NCBI GenBank assembly: GCA_026066175.1
Contig: GCA_026066175.1_4721.2
Reading direction: 5' to 3' (one strand)
Origin: a phage
Length of the DNA: 64,000 nt
Part shown: one piece after another, positions 30,153 to 40,210 of the stretch
Numbering within the stretch: position 1 is the stretch's first letter
Layout: every line of letters starts with the position of its first letter
Made by a program: the position numbers and the translations under genes
Notes under the pieces: model-generated
Databases searched by the model: none
Seen by the model: only the letters and a program-made list of their open reading frames with translations
What the model was told of the DNA's origin: nothing

Positions 30153-30184
30153 CCCTCCTCCAACCCGTAAGGGAAGGAGGAGGG
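30153..30184. terminator. conserved palindromic hairpin with GTAA loop between convergent genes
   Basis: CCCTCCTCCAACCCGTAAGGGAAGGAGGAGGG; flanked by ACATAA and AATATGCTGTTAT exactly as at 54842-54873. Confidence 0.6.
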
Positions 30185-30193
30185 AATATGCTG

Positions 30194-33100
30194 TTATCTT
30201 ACGTTATTGCTATTCTGCTGTTCACTGAACCAACCATAGACTTTGAGATCGGTACCGTATCTCAGTGCAAGGTATGCGTTCATCGCAGCACAGAACAACG
30301 TCGCGTAGTGCCATAAGAGCTCAACATCCATGTCATCGGGAGTCTTGGTAAAACCAGCACCTGGTACAAAGCGTGACGGTTCATGCATGAACGTGCGGTA
30401 CCAGTCGTGCTGTTGTTGTTTCGTCGTGAAATCACGGTGTGGTTCTAACGCTTCTCTTGCAAGACGACGATACTCGAGAAGATGGTGATTAGCCCGATTA
30501 TTGCGAGGGTAACTGACTTCGTAGTTAGGATCGACAGCTTGGCATAGCGCTGTTGAGTCTAATAACTCGATGGCTTTGACTAACTTATCGCTCGCGTTGG
30601 TGATGAGCGCCGATCTGTAATACTCGATCGAATTAGCAAGTTGCGAATAGAAGTCATCTAAGGCATCTGGATTTGATACCTGCAGATCAAGACCTAATGT
30701 CCACGGATAGCTGCTTTCATCATTGAGTTGCGGTACGACACCCAGGAGATGTTGGCAGATAGCTGCGTGATTATTGAACTGATCGTGGAAAATAGCTCGT
30801 GCAACTTCAATCGCATGATGATAACTCAAACGCCGTTCCTGACGTGTCGTCCTAAATGAGTTAACGGCGAGCAGTCCCGCGGTAGCCGCGCAAACATCAG
30901 TGTCGTTGACGTTGTTAAGCACATAGTTACTAAGCTGGAAAGATTCTTGCTTCAACGTTCCATTGGTCGCCGTTGCTTCGCTATTCGCTTTATCAACGAT
31001 GGTGCTTAGCGCGTTAATATAACGTTTAGCGCGAACTTCCAACCACTGTGCGATCCCAAGCACATCCACAGCCGCTTTAGCAAGGTCACGTGCGTTCACG
31101 ATTTCGTTCTTCAATGCACCCAGCCCTTTATTTTCAGGTGAGGAGGCTTGTTGTCGAATCATGCTGTTCAACATGGTAAGCAGGTTATCCAGCTCGTGTC
31201 CGCTGACCTTGTTACGTGCGTCAGTAATCGGCCCTTGCAGGAATTTACGACAACCGTCATTATACCGAATCAGTTTATCCACGTCGATGGATTCGTTCGC
31301 GGTTTCCTTGAACTGATTCTTTAATTCTTCACGGTAGTCGTGTATCTCGCTTGTAAGATTATCAACGGTGATACCATTGTGACCAAGAAGAACTTTACTG
31401 AAGTTGCCCTTCTCGAACGCCAGTGCGATGCCTTCACGAATCTTAGCCAGCTTATCCTGATCTAACTCACGACCGTTTGACAGTTCTTTCACTTCAGCGC
31501 TGATTATTGCTGCAACTGTTCCAAGGTTATCGGTAACCCCTTTGAACGTGCTTGACCAAACACTTCCCGCTTCAGCGTATTTTGCGATGGTCTGGATACC
31601 GACGCTATGTAGCGACGCTAAACGTTTCTTCGTACCTTCGGTAAGCAATGCATCTTTAGCTCGCGTAAGTTGACTGTTATTGGCTTCCGCTTGCTGGATG
31701 GCCGCTTTCGCATTCCCGTTACGCCAGCTCTTAACCAACCAATCGACTAAACGTTTCAGGATATTGATGGTATATTCCATCGTACGTCGTAACGTTTCCC
31801 ACGCGCTTTCAGCGGTATAGATCCCACCAACAGTGTACCCTTCCATCTTCAGCGCTTTGGTATCGGTTTGACGTGCCAACCATTCTACCGTCGCAGAACA
31901 AACGTTTACGAACGCCTCCAGGTAGTTGTAATAGGCCTCTGTTGCGGAGGTTTCGTTGAGCTTGGAATGCAGATAAAACTGTTCGTATAGCTCGTCGTCA
32001 TCACCGAAGGCGTCGTAGTTCCACAGTTCGGTATCGCAGCCGGTACCACAGAAGACATCCGCCGTTGTAAACTCCTTAAGTGCTTTCGTTGCGTCGTTGG
32101 TCAGGAATTTACCTGTCTCAAGTACGTCGTCAACATTAAGTCTCGGGAGTTCGTCAGTAATTGGGTTTTCCAGCATCAACGTATTGAAGAACACGCTGTA
32201 CTTGTATCCAAGCCATTTTGGATAACTGTTTTCAGATATCGTAGACGCCGGTTTGATTTTCTTGGCTTCAGCCAACGTGTCTTCTGCAACCTGATATTGG
32301 TTTTCCCCAGCTTTGATACGTCGTAATGCTTTTTCTTCCAACTGTTTGAGTTTGGTGTGCCGTGCTTGAGCTGGAGCCTCAACCAGTTTTTGTACCGACC
32401 GCATGGCGGAAATCGCTTCTTTCAATGTGGTGATCGGCATACGAACTTTACCGTCATCGAAACTCAGCGCGCGAGCAATACGTCGACTTACAACAGGTTC
32501 GGTATGGATGTTTCTTTCTACCCACGATTTGTTTGCGTAGGTTTGCGTGATTTGCTGCTGGATCTTTTCAAGATAGCCCCAGCTTTTGGATGCTTTGCCG
32601 TCCAAAAGCGGATTAGGTCCTTTCTTATCAAAAAGCTTTTTGATAGGATCAAAGAAACCTTCTTGCACGAGATCGATACGGGTGTAACCATCAGCTGCTT
32701 CGATTTCTTCTTGGGTTTTATCCCAGAAGTCGTCGCTCTTTGCAGCAACCGCTGTATCTTTAATGTCCAGGATGATCTGACCCACCGTTTGCGCAAACAG
32801 CAAGGCCGCACGTACCGATTGTGCGAACATCCGCTGATATTTGATTCGAACGCATTGCATCTGGGTTAGCAGATTCAGTTGCGCGATCCCATCCAAGGTG
32901 CTATCTTGAGCAAGTCCTTCAGCCTTAGCGATAACCTGTTTTACACGTTCAGCGACATCAACGTATTGCTGGCATACATCCCGCAGAATACGTGCTGCGA
33001 AGACCCCGGTACCGATATAGTTCAACAGGTCTTTTAATGACCATTCAGACGGACAATCGGCTGGTGCGGTAGGGAGTAAGCAACCATCACCGTCCATGAA

Positions 33101-33799
33101 TCGCTCTAATGCGCTAATATCCTGATTTTCTACGCTCATGGGGATATCGACATCAGCCGCTTGCAGATCCAGCATCTGTTGTAGGATGTTGGTGTCGGCT
33201 TGTACGAGCGTTGCAAGCGCTCGGCTGTGTGAGATTATTGGTAACGCTGGTGACCATACTGCAGCAAGCTTGTCGGCGTGACGTTGAATGGCATACCCCA
33301 TATCCTCGATCACATCGGGATGCTCGATAACCCCCTGAAGCGTTTGATGCAGCTCACCGAGTTGCTGAGACAGATCGACCATCATGGTGTTGAAGGTTTC
33401 GCCATCCTCTTTGTGGTTGTCCAGACGCTCGAGTTCATGTTGCAGCAATGCGACGAGCTGTCCGTTGCCTTCTTGCTTCAGCTTGCTTTCCATTAATGTA
33501 ATGGCTTTATCGACGATCTGACGCGCTTCACGAAAACCGGTTGTGGAAGGAAGCTCTGTCCATAACGCCAGCGGTTTACCGTCAAGGGCTTCCGGCATCG
33601 ATAACGAAAGCATAGTCAGTTGTTGGCGTGATACTTGCTGTTCACGGTGTAATGTTTCTTTTAACGCCAGGAGATCGTCAAGAAACGCGCCGTTAAGGGC
33701 GGTCGTACGCGGTGTTGAATTAATACCGTCAGTTAATGATTCAAGCACCAGGAGACCGTTATCAGCTGAAGAGAGTCCCGCGGCAAGATATTTGTTCAT
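30194..33799 (-). CDS. giant helical protein (about 1201 aa)
   Basis: Start moved to in-frame ATG at 33799 (GGAG SD) so the 33815-33845 hairpin is intergenic. Shares an LVQEGF...KLF motif with the 931-aa neighbour. Confidence 0.85.
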   Translation of the reverse strand: MNKYLAAGLSSADNGLLVLESLTDGINSTPRTTALNGAFLDDLLALKETLHREQQVSRQQLTMLSLSMPEALDGKPLALWTELPSTTGFREARQIVDKAITLMESKLKQEGNGQLVALLQHELERLDNHKEDGETFNTMMVDLSQQLGELHQTLQGVIEHPDVIEDMGYAIQRHADKLAAVWSPALPIISHSRALATLVQADTNILQQMLDLQAADVDIPMSVENQDISALERFMDGDGCLLPTAPADCPSEWSLKDLLNYIGTGVFAARILRDVCQQYVDVAERVKQVIAKAEGLAQDSTLDGIAQLNLLTQMQCVRIKYQRMFAQSVRAALLFAQTVGQIILDIKDTAVAAKSDDFWDKTQEEIEAADGYTRIDLVQEGFFDPIKKLFDKKGPNPLLDGKASKSWGYLEKIQQQITQTYANKSWVERNIHTEPVVSRRIARALSFDDGKVRMPITTLKEAISAMRSVQKLVEAPAQARHTKLKQLEEKALRRIKAGENQYQVAEDTLAEAKKIKPASTISENSYPKWLGYKYSVFFNTLMLENPITDELPRLNVDDVLETGKFLTNDATKALKEFTTADVFCGTGCDTELWNYDAFGDDDELYEQFYLHSKLNETSATEAYYNYLEAFVNVCSATVEWLARQTDTKALKMEGYTVGGIYTAESAWETLRRTMEYTINILKRLVDWLVKSWRNGNAKAAIQQAEANNSQLTRAKDALLTEGTKKRLASLHSVGIQTIAKYAEAGSVWSSTFKGVTDNLGTVAAIISAEVKELSNGRELDQDKLAKIREGIALAFEKGNFSKVLLGHNGITVDNLTSEIHDYREELKNQFKETANESIDVDKLIRYNDGCRKFLQGPITDARNKVSGHELDNLLTMLNSMIRQQASSPENKGLGALKNEIVNARDLAKAAVDVLGIAQWLEVRAKRYINALSTIVDKANSEATATNGTLKQESFQLSNYVLNNVNDTDVCAATAGLLAVNSFRTTRQERRLSYHHAIEVARAIFHDQFNNHAAICQHLLGVVPQLNDESSYPWTLGLDLQVSNPDALDDFYSQLANSIEYYRSALITNASDKLVKAIELLDSTALCQAVDPNYEVSYPRNNRANHHLLEYRRLAREALEPHRDFTTKQQQHDWYRTFMHEPSRFVPGAGFTKTPDDMDVELLWHYATLFCAAMNAYLALRYGTDLKVYGWFSEQQNSNNVR

Positions 33800-33814
33800 A
33801 AAACACTCCGTTGG

Positions 33815-33845
33815 CCTAGGGGAAGGCTGAAAACCTTCCCCTAGG
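33815..33845 (-). terminator. perfect 12-bp hairpin CCTAGGGGAAGG-CTGAAAA-CCTTCCCCTAGG
   Basis: Between the two giant genes. Confidence 0.5.
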
Positions 33846-33858
33846 GTTATAAACACAA

Positions 33859-36654
33859 TTAAGCTAATTTACCGAAACCGGCTTTCTGCAGTTTCTCGTT
33901 GATGATTTTCGCTTCAGCGAAGACGTAATCGCGGTAGGCGGTCACTAACGCATCCACGCGTGAACGCAAGGCTTCTTCGAAGCTATACCAGGCGGCGATT
34001 TCACGAATCTGCACGCTGATATAATCAACGGTTGAGCGAAGCTCGGTTGCGTTTTCTTGCGGGATGGCTTTCACTTGGCGAGCAACATCGCTTAAACGGC
34101 GGAACTGTGTTTCGATTTCTTTAAACTTACTGTCGGCAAGTTTGCTGAATTCGTCACCAGAACGGGTAAATAACAGATAGCTGTTGCCGTCAAGTGCGGT
34201 CGCTAACTGCTGAAGTACGTTGGTGTCCGGATACACAGGAGTACCGCTTTGCAGTACTTTCTCACCGAATTCCGCGAAGTCCTTCGGTGGTAAGTGTGCA
34301 GACGTTGTCAATTCGTTGAAACGGAAAGTCAGCGAATTATCATACAGCATCCGGTACGCTTCCATACCCTGTTTCATGGTACCGGCCAGGTTAGCCAGAC
34401 GCGGAGCAATCTCGCCTTCTTTAGCGCGTTTCTGGTCTTCTAACGCCCCTTCGAGTTCTTTACACTGGTCGTTCAGATACACGATACGATCAGGACGTAG
34501 ACGACGCATCTCACGAAGAATAGTATCCAGCTTACCTTCCTGGAAATAACCCAACGTTAAAGACGTACACGCTTGCTGAAGACGATCGAACACCGGTAAG
34601 GTTACCATCTCCTTACGGATACCATCAACAATCGCAGAAACAGCCGAAAGTTTCTGTTCTGTAGTCAATGGAACATCAGAGGCCGACTTGCTGGGTGCAC
34701 CAACAACGTTACGCATTGCGTCGGTATCCTCGGTTTTATCAACCTCTTTACGAACATGCTCATCAGGAACATAAACGTTCGCGTTACGTTTCGCCTGCTT
34801 GATGGCGTCGTTGGCCGCTTTTTCGGTGGCCGCTACGCTATCGGCACGTTTCTTCAAGAGTTCAATAATCCAGAGCAACAGACGACGAATCGCAGTGTAG
34901 GCTGTCGTGATGATGACACCGATAACAGCCATCTTCATGATACCGAACGATTCCATGGTCGGCTCTAACGCTTGGTCTGGCATATACCGTTCACGCAGCT
35001 CCAGATAGATCTGCTCATCTGGTTTGCTGACCTCACCACGATGCGAAGTCCGATAAATGGCTTCGTCAATCTCAACAAGATCTTTGCGTGCCTGACGGTC
35101 AGATTCTGTTAGGTAAGCACAACCGGATACGTCGTCTTCGAAGCTTAAGAATTTGAAAAAGTCACTGACGTCGATCTTGATCTTCTTCGCTTCATTATCG
35201 ACATCGATAACATCTTTTTTCTGTGCCTGATATTCCGCTTTGATGTCGTTCACCGGCTTCAACGCACGTTCTTTTAATACCTGCACGATCTGTTTCCAGT
35301 CGGCGTCACGCTCAAGAACAAGGAAGTAATTCTTGAGTTCAAAAGCACGGTAACGCGCAACGAGTTGTTCTACCTGAATATGAGCGAGTTGCACATCCAT
35401 CAGCCAACGCGACATTGCTGAGATCAAACGGCTATAAGCAAGCAATGTCTGATATGTTAGCTTCATGTGCTTTTCGTACAGCTCAATATCGCCGTCTTGA
35501 ATATCAGCCGTTGGGTTCATTTCCTTCGTTGCTTTGAAGATCTGTTCGGCCTCATTTAACGTTTGTTCGAATTTGACTTCATTAAACGTGTCAAACGGTT
35601 CAGCCAACTCCATCATTCGATCGTGAAGCTCACGAACCCAGGCTTCCTTATTGTTGCGAATAGCTGCGTCATCGTGAAGTTCAGTTTGATGTTTCTGTAC
35701 CCATTCTTCGACGATATCAGCGGCGGCAACAATTCCTGTACCATCGGAAACTAACGGAACAACTCCAGCAAGTACGCCTACACACGCCGGGGTTTTCCAA
35801 TAATCGTTCAAAGCGTTTCTGAATTCAACGATGGATTGTACGTTTGGTACCGTATCCAAAAACGTACTGCCGTTACGGCTCATTGTCGTTACGATATCAG
35901 CGAATTCCTTCTGCTTAGCGGTAACAAAAGGAACCAGGACCATAAGCCATTCAGCAACCGACTTCGCTTTCTCTTTCAGATTTTTGTCAGCGATTTCCTT
36001 AAGGTTTATCGCACCACCGTAACCTGCAAGCTCTTTATATACGTCGCTAAGGGTCATCTGTTTATCCAACATTTCTTTGAAACGTGGGTAATCAGCACCT
36101 AACGCATCGACAATATCGTTGATTACGTCATCAGTTGTTGCGATAAACTTCTTCGTATCAACGTTTGAATATTTCCAGACGTATCGTACTGCTTTCTTGA
36201 TTCCTGCAAAGATAAACGCCCAGATACGCTTGATGAGTTCCCAGACTTTCTTCGCGCCATCGACAAACAGTTTAGAGACCTTGGCAACGAATCCTTCCTG
36301 CACCAATTCAACGCCGTTACGTGATGGGATTTCCGTGAAGAAAGCATCCGGCAGTTGTTTCGGGAATGCGTCACCAAGACGCATACGCAGTTCCGGTACA
36401 TCAGCACGAGAAATACCGCGTGTTACTAATTGTTCGTGAAGACGAACGTTTTCTTCACCAGAGGTCACGAATTCGTCAACATCGAAGGAGACCATTGTTT
36501 CCTGATCTTCGGTGGTAACGACGCTTGAACCATCACTGGTTTGGATGTCTTCGTCAGGGAATGCCATGAGCATACCGTGACGCATTTCAACCACCCCGTA
36601 ATCGGTTGCTAAACCGAATTCGTTGTGGTCTGGGGTAATAACTGGGATACTCAT
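33859..36654 (-). CDS. giant helical protein (931 aa)
   Basis: ATG start overlapping the upstream stop (ATGA); motif GVELVQEGFVAKVSKLF. Confidence 0.85.
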   Translation of the reverse strand: MSIPVITPDHNEFGLATDYGVVEMRHGMLMAFPDEDIQTSDGSSVVTTEDQETMVSFDVDEFVTSGEENVRLHEQLVTRGISRADVPELRMRLGDAFPKQLPDAFFTEIPSRNGVELVQEGFVAKVSKLFVDGAKKVWELIKRIWAFIFAGIKKAVRYVWKYSNVDTKKFIATTDDVINDIVDALGADYPRFKEMLDKQMTLSDVYKELAGYGGAINLKEIADKNLKEKAKSVAEWLMVLVPFVTAKQKEFADIVTTMSRNGSTFLDTVPNVQSIVEFRNALNDYWKTPACVGVLAGVVPLVSDGTGIVAAADIVEEWVQKHQTELHDDAAIRNNKEAWVRELHDRMMELAEPFDTFNEVKFEQTLNEAEQIFKATKEMNPTADIQDGDIELYEKHMKLTYQTLLAYSRLISAMSRWLMDVQLAHIQVEQLVARYRAFELKNYFLVLERDADWKQIVQVLKERALKPVNDIKAEYQAQKKDVIDVDNEAKKIKIDVSDFFKFLSFEDDVSGCAYLTESDRQARKDLVEIDEAIYRTSHRGEVSKPDEQIYLELRERYMPDQALEPTMESFGIMKMAVIGVIITTAYTAIRRLLLWIIELLKKRADSVAATEKAANDAIKQAKRNANVYVPDEHVRKEVDKTEDTDAMRNVVGAPSKSASDVPLTTEQKLSAVSAIVDGIRKEMVTLPVFDRLQQACTSLTLGYFQEGKLDTILREMRRLRPDRIVYLNDQCKELEGALEDQKRAKEGEIAPRLANLAGTMKQGMEAYRMLYDNSLTFRFNELTTSAHLPPKDFAEFGEKVLQSGTPVYPDTNVLQQLATALDGNSYLLFTRSGDEFSKLADSKFKEIETQFRRLSDVARQVKAIPQENATELRSTVDYISVQIREIAAWYSFEEALRSRVDALVTAYRDYVFAEAKIINEKLQKAGFGKLA

Positions 36655-37091
36655 GCATTCTCTCCTTGCAGTGCGTTAGCGAAAGCCGTTGCGAGTTGCG
36701 CAACCAGCTTAGGATCAACACCTTCGATAACGTCGGGCAGCCCTGCGGTTTCTTGGTCACGAACGGCGGAGGCTAATAACAGCATGGTTTCAGGTGCGGT
36801 CGGCTCATGCACCATGCGGTAACGCAGGCACCAGAAGTAGCGGGCAACGTCTAACGCATCGGCCAGCCCAATAACCAGTACCTTGTTCAGCTTATCCAGC
36901 CCTTCACGGATTTTAGGGAGATGTTCGCGAACGAAAATGCTATCTGCGGTCAGATCTTCTTTTTCAGCGAATACGGGCATGCTGTAACCAGCGATATAAC
37001 CTGCGGCAATACTTAGCGCACGGGTCTGTTGTTCGGCTGGGAAATCACGTACCAGGTCTTTCAGTTGAACAGCGAAATCAGAAATATTCAT
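36651..37091 (-). CDS. hypothetical protein (146 aa)
   Basis: ATG start; coupled to the 931-aa gene. Confidence 0.7.
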   Translation of the reverse strand: MNISDFAVQLKDLVRDFPAEQQTRALSIAAGYIAGYSMPVFAEKEDLTADSIFVREHLPKIREGLDKLNKVLVIGLADALDVARYFWCLRYRMVHEPTAPETMLLLASAVRDQETAGLPDVIEGVDPKLVAQLATAFANALQGENA

Positions 37092-37124
37092 GTTAAATTC
37101 CTTTATAGTAGAAGGTGAATTAGG

Positions 37125-38435
37125 TTACGCGATGATGGAGTCGAGTTTCGCTGACGCTTTGAACAGATCGTTGTTCATTGTTGAAGAAAGGACTTGCTGA
37201 ATCTCTTCCTGTTTAACGGCTTTACGAACCCCAGGACGAAGGATAAGCGTAACCATCTGCGAGAAGGTACGATTATTGTTCATCACACTCAGTGTTTCAT
37301 CGATTGTTTTGATGGTATCCAACGTCATGGAACGAACATCGCTTGGGATATCACGATCTTTCAGGCGTATGATTAAATCTTGTTTGATTTTACGGAATCG
37401 TTCCATGTCGTTATCGTAAATGTTGTATGTTGGATCTAACCAAACCGAAAGCGCGGTTACCGCTACAACAACTAACACGCCGATAGCACCAACAGAAGCT
37501 AAACCTATCGCCATCATGGAGACGATAGTAGCATCCATGATGAAGGAGAGCCAGAACATCGTTTTGGACTTCATGGAGTTGGTACCATAAAGTCGAAACA
37601 TTTTAGCAAGCCCGCTAACGAGATACTCCCCACCACCATGACGCGTAGCGAACTGATCAGCCATGAATTCGGAAGAAACGTCGGTATAGCGTCCAGCGTT
37701 GTTGACATTTCTTAACTGCATCGCTTTGTTAGAAACATAAACCGTGTACCAGACATTACCATCGTCTGAATCGCTGATTTTGTTTACGTCGACGTTAGTA
37801 TCCAGCGTTTTGTTTAACGCCTTAGCCAGTTCAATACGTTTTACCTTATCGGTTGTCCCTAGCAGTTCACGCTGTACAGTCATGATTGAGGCTTCAACAC
37901 GAACCGTTTCCGATAATGTTTCAAGGAAAGTAAATGCGTGCCCGATTTCATGCAGCATTATGGCCGCTTTTTCTTCCGGAATAAATGGTTCTGTCGCTGT
38001 TAGCAATTCATACGTGATGGCGGAACGAATCTTCAATTCCTCAAAGATACCGTAAACACGACCTTTTTCTAAATCGACATAACCGACAGGCGTATCTTTA
38101 ATCTTCTTAAGGAGTGTGACACCATCGGCACCGCGCATCCATAATCGATGATAGTCTGCCATGATCGTGTTGTTTGTCGAAATATCCGGCGGGTACACGT
38201 AGGCGTTCATCTGGCCCATTTTCACATCAACCGAAAATTCGATGTTCAACCCCGTATAGCGTTTAACCATCTCGGTTAAATGACCGTCCTTGAAAACGTT
38301 TAAAACCTCTTTTTTATCCAGTCCTTGTTTGCTTCTGAAGAACTCGGTCATTTCCTTGAACAAAGAACCATCCTGGAATTTGATGGCCTCCATCGTTAAC
38401 TCGTCATGACCATACACACGTTGTAGTAATGACAT
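37125..38435 (-). CDS. putative HtpX/M48-like zinc metalloprotease with membrane hairpin (436 aa)
   Basis: HEXXH at product residues 162-166 (AAIMLHEIGHAF); about 90 aa downstream SSEFMADQFATRHGGGEYLVSGLAKMFRL resembles the M48 third-ligand region (E. coli HtpX [25 protein letters not shown]); about 40-residue hydrophobic stretch at residues 293-333. Confidence 0.75.
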   Translation of the reverse strand: MSLLQRVYGHDELTMEAIKFQDGSLFKEMTEFFRSKQGLDKKEVLNVFKDGHLTEMVKRYTGLNIEFSVDVKMGQMNAYVYPPDISTNNTIMADYHRLWMRGADGVTLLKKIKDTPVGYVDLEKGRVYGIFEELKIRSAITYELLTATEPFIPEEKAAIMLHEIGHAFTFLETLSETVRVEASIMTVQRELLGTTDKVKRIELAKALNKTLDTNVDVNKISDSDDGNVWYTVYVSNKAMQLRNVNNAGRYTDVSSEFMADQFATRHGGGEYLVSGLAKMFRLYGTNSMKSKTMFWLSFIMDATIVSMMAIGLASVGAIGVLVVVAVTALSVWLDPTYNIYDNDMERFRKIKQDLIIRLKDRDIPSDVRSMTLDTIKTIDETLSVMNNNRTFSQMVTLILRPGVRKAVKQEEIQQVLSSTMNNDLFKASAKLDSIIA

Positions 38436-38509
38436 TTTACACTCTCTAAATTTACGTAAATTTAAGGGTTGGTTAAAAGCAGGTTGGCTGGCCTCGCCAA
38501 TCTGTCACA

Positions 38510-38528
38510 GCCGTTGTGCTGCAACGGC
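38510..38528. other. hairpin GCCGTTG-TGCTG-CAACGGC in the divergent intergenic region
   Basis: 7-bp perfect stem in the 182-bp gap between divergent starts 38435 and 38618. Confidence 0.3.
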
Positions 38529-38617
38529 ATTCATAGAAATACCTTCGGTTAAAAACAACAGAACGTGAGGATGATATAGAAATTCACCTTCTAACCTTTA
38601 TTAGAGTCTATCACGTT

Positions 38618-40117
38618 ATGAGCGAACAAGAACAAAAACTCAAGAAGAAACTGCTCGGTATTCAATGTCGACACATCAGTTATAACGAAGCCAACGATGG
38701 CAGCAAGAACGATCTCATGATTGCAAAAGAGATCATGTTCTTCGATGACAACACACAAGCCACCAACCTGCGGTTCTTTGAAAACCACAAACGTCCGTTT
38801 TGGGTTACAGTTGAAAGCAAACGTAAGAACAAATATAAAAAGGAAAGCGAGAAGCTCTCAAACGTACGTCGTTATGAGGTACGCCAAAGCGAACTGGTTG
38901 AGAAAATCAGTTCGGTGCTTTATAAACGACGTGCTGACGATAACACCCGTTTACAACAGCTTGCGCGGAGTCCTTACCTCTATGGAACGGACGTTAGCGC
39001 CAGCTGCTATTTAAAAACCCAGTACAATACAAAATGGCCGGAATACGTTGATAAACTGCCTGCTTCTATCGCATGTTTCGATATCGAAACCGACGTTGTC
39101 CACGGGCACGGTAAGATCGTTTGTATGTCTATTACAATGGGCTACAACGCGATTCTTTGTTACACCCAGGACTTCGTTGGTCATATTCCGAATGCGATTG
39201 AGAAAACCCGTGAGAAGATTCGTTATTACCTGGCCGACCGTTTAAACACCAAAGAGGATCCTCACGCCTTTGAAAAATACCATTACGATATTCGCATTGT
39301 AGAAAGCCCTGCGCAAGCGGTGATTCAATGCATGCAGAAGGTGCACGAATGGCAGCCGGATTATCTCCTTGGCTGGAACATCGCGTTCGATATTCCGCGT
39401 ATGCTCCAGGCATTGCAGGACGAAGGTTATCGTCCCGAGGATGTTTTCTCCGATCCTCGCGTACCACCGAAATACCGTTTAGCACGCTGGGTACCACCTA
39501 AAACCGATAAGGTATCGGCATCAGGCCGTAAAACCAACCTTACCCTTGAGCAAACCTGGCCAATGTTTTATACGATGGCCACGTATCAGGTTATGGATGC
39601 GATGTGTGGTTATAAGTTCGTTCGTTTAGGAAGACCGGATGAAGGACGCTACTCACTCGATGCGGTGTTAGAGCGAAATAAATGCCATACGAAATTAAAA
39701 GCGATCCCAGGTACCGAAGGGTTCACGGAGCTCGCCTGGCACGAAGAGATGCAAACGAACCATCAAATCGACTACGGTGTATATAACCTTTGGGATAACC
39801 AAGGCATCGAGGCGTTGGACCAGAAAACAAAAGACTATTCGATGACCATCCCTATCCGTTTAGCAGCGTCGGATTTGAAAGATTTCAGTTCCAACCCTAA
39901 ACGTATCTGTGATAAACTTTTCTTCGTTTATCTCAACCGTGGGGAAGTCATGGGATGTACTGCTGATGACATGACGCAAGAGGAGGATAAATGGGTGATT
40001 TCACGTGCAGGGCATATCGTGACCTTGCCGTGCGATCTCATGGCGGATAACGGCATCCATCTCTTCTGGGATATGCCAAATCTAAGAAGCTATATTCGAT
40101 TATTTGTTGCGGATTAA
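38618..40117 (+). CDS. family-B DNA polymerase N-terminal/3-prime-5-prime exonuclease domain protein (499 aa)
   Basis: DEDDy motifs in PolB-like order and spacing: Exo I ACFDIETD (residues about 152-158), Exo II LLGWNIAFDIPRML (about 251-264), Exo III YSLDAV (about 345-350). No polymerase motifs A/B/C. Confidence 0.75.
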   Translation: MSEQEQKLKKKLLGIQCRHISYNEANDGSKNDLMIAKEIMFFDDNTQATNLRFFENHKRPFWVTVESKRKNKYKKESEKLSNVRRYEVRQSELVEKISSVLYKRRADDNTRLQQLARSPYLYGTDVSASCYLKTQYNTKWPEYVDKLPASIACFDIETDVVHGHGKIVCMSITMGYNAILCYTQDFVGHIPNAIEKTREKIRYYLADRLNTKEDPHAFEKYHYDIRIVESPAQAVIQCMQKVHEWQPDYLLGWNIAFDIPRMLQALQDEGYRPEDVFSDPRVPPKYRLARWVPPKTDKVSASGRKTNLTLEQTWPMFYTMATYQVMDAMCGYKFVRLGRPDEGRYSLDAVLERNKCHTKLKAIPGTEGFTELAWHEEMQTNHQIDYGVYNLWDNQGIEALDQKTKDYSMTIPIRLAASDLKDFSSNPKRICDKLFFVYLNRGEVMGCTADDMTQEEDKWVISRAGHIVTLPCDLMADNGIHLFWDMPNLRSYIRLFVAD

Positions 40118-40210
40118 CCTTCGTTCTGTAAAAGTTTACCGATGTATGGAAATTTCTGTGAGATACCAAAGGTACTCGATAAGTTTAGGAATTTCTGGAC
40201 GGAGGTAATT

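Noticed and set aside
30187-30315. 42-codon ORF starting right after the hairpin, with GGAGGAGGG acting as an apparent SD
   Set aside because: Overlaps the 3-prime end of the convergent 1201-aa gene; equivalent positions at other hairpin copies give only 4-14 codon ORFs, so the SD resemblance is a by-product of the hairpin sequence.
30194-36654. Giant proteins as multisubunit RNA polymerase subunits
   Set aside because: No NADFDGD-like or other polymerase active-site motif found by eye; cannot be excluded for very divergent phage polymerases but not supported.
40142-40210. Upstream extension of the HNH ORF to ATG 40142
   Set aside because: The strong GGAGGT SD precedes ATG 40211; the extension lacks an SD.
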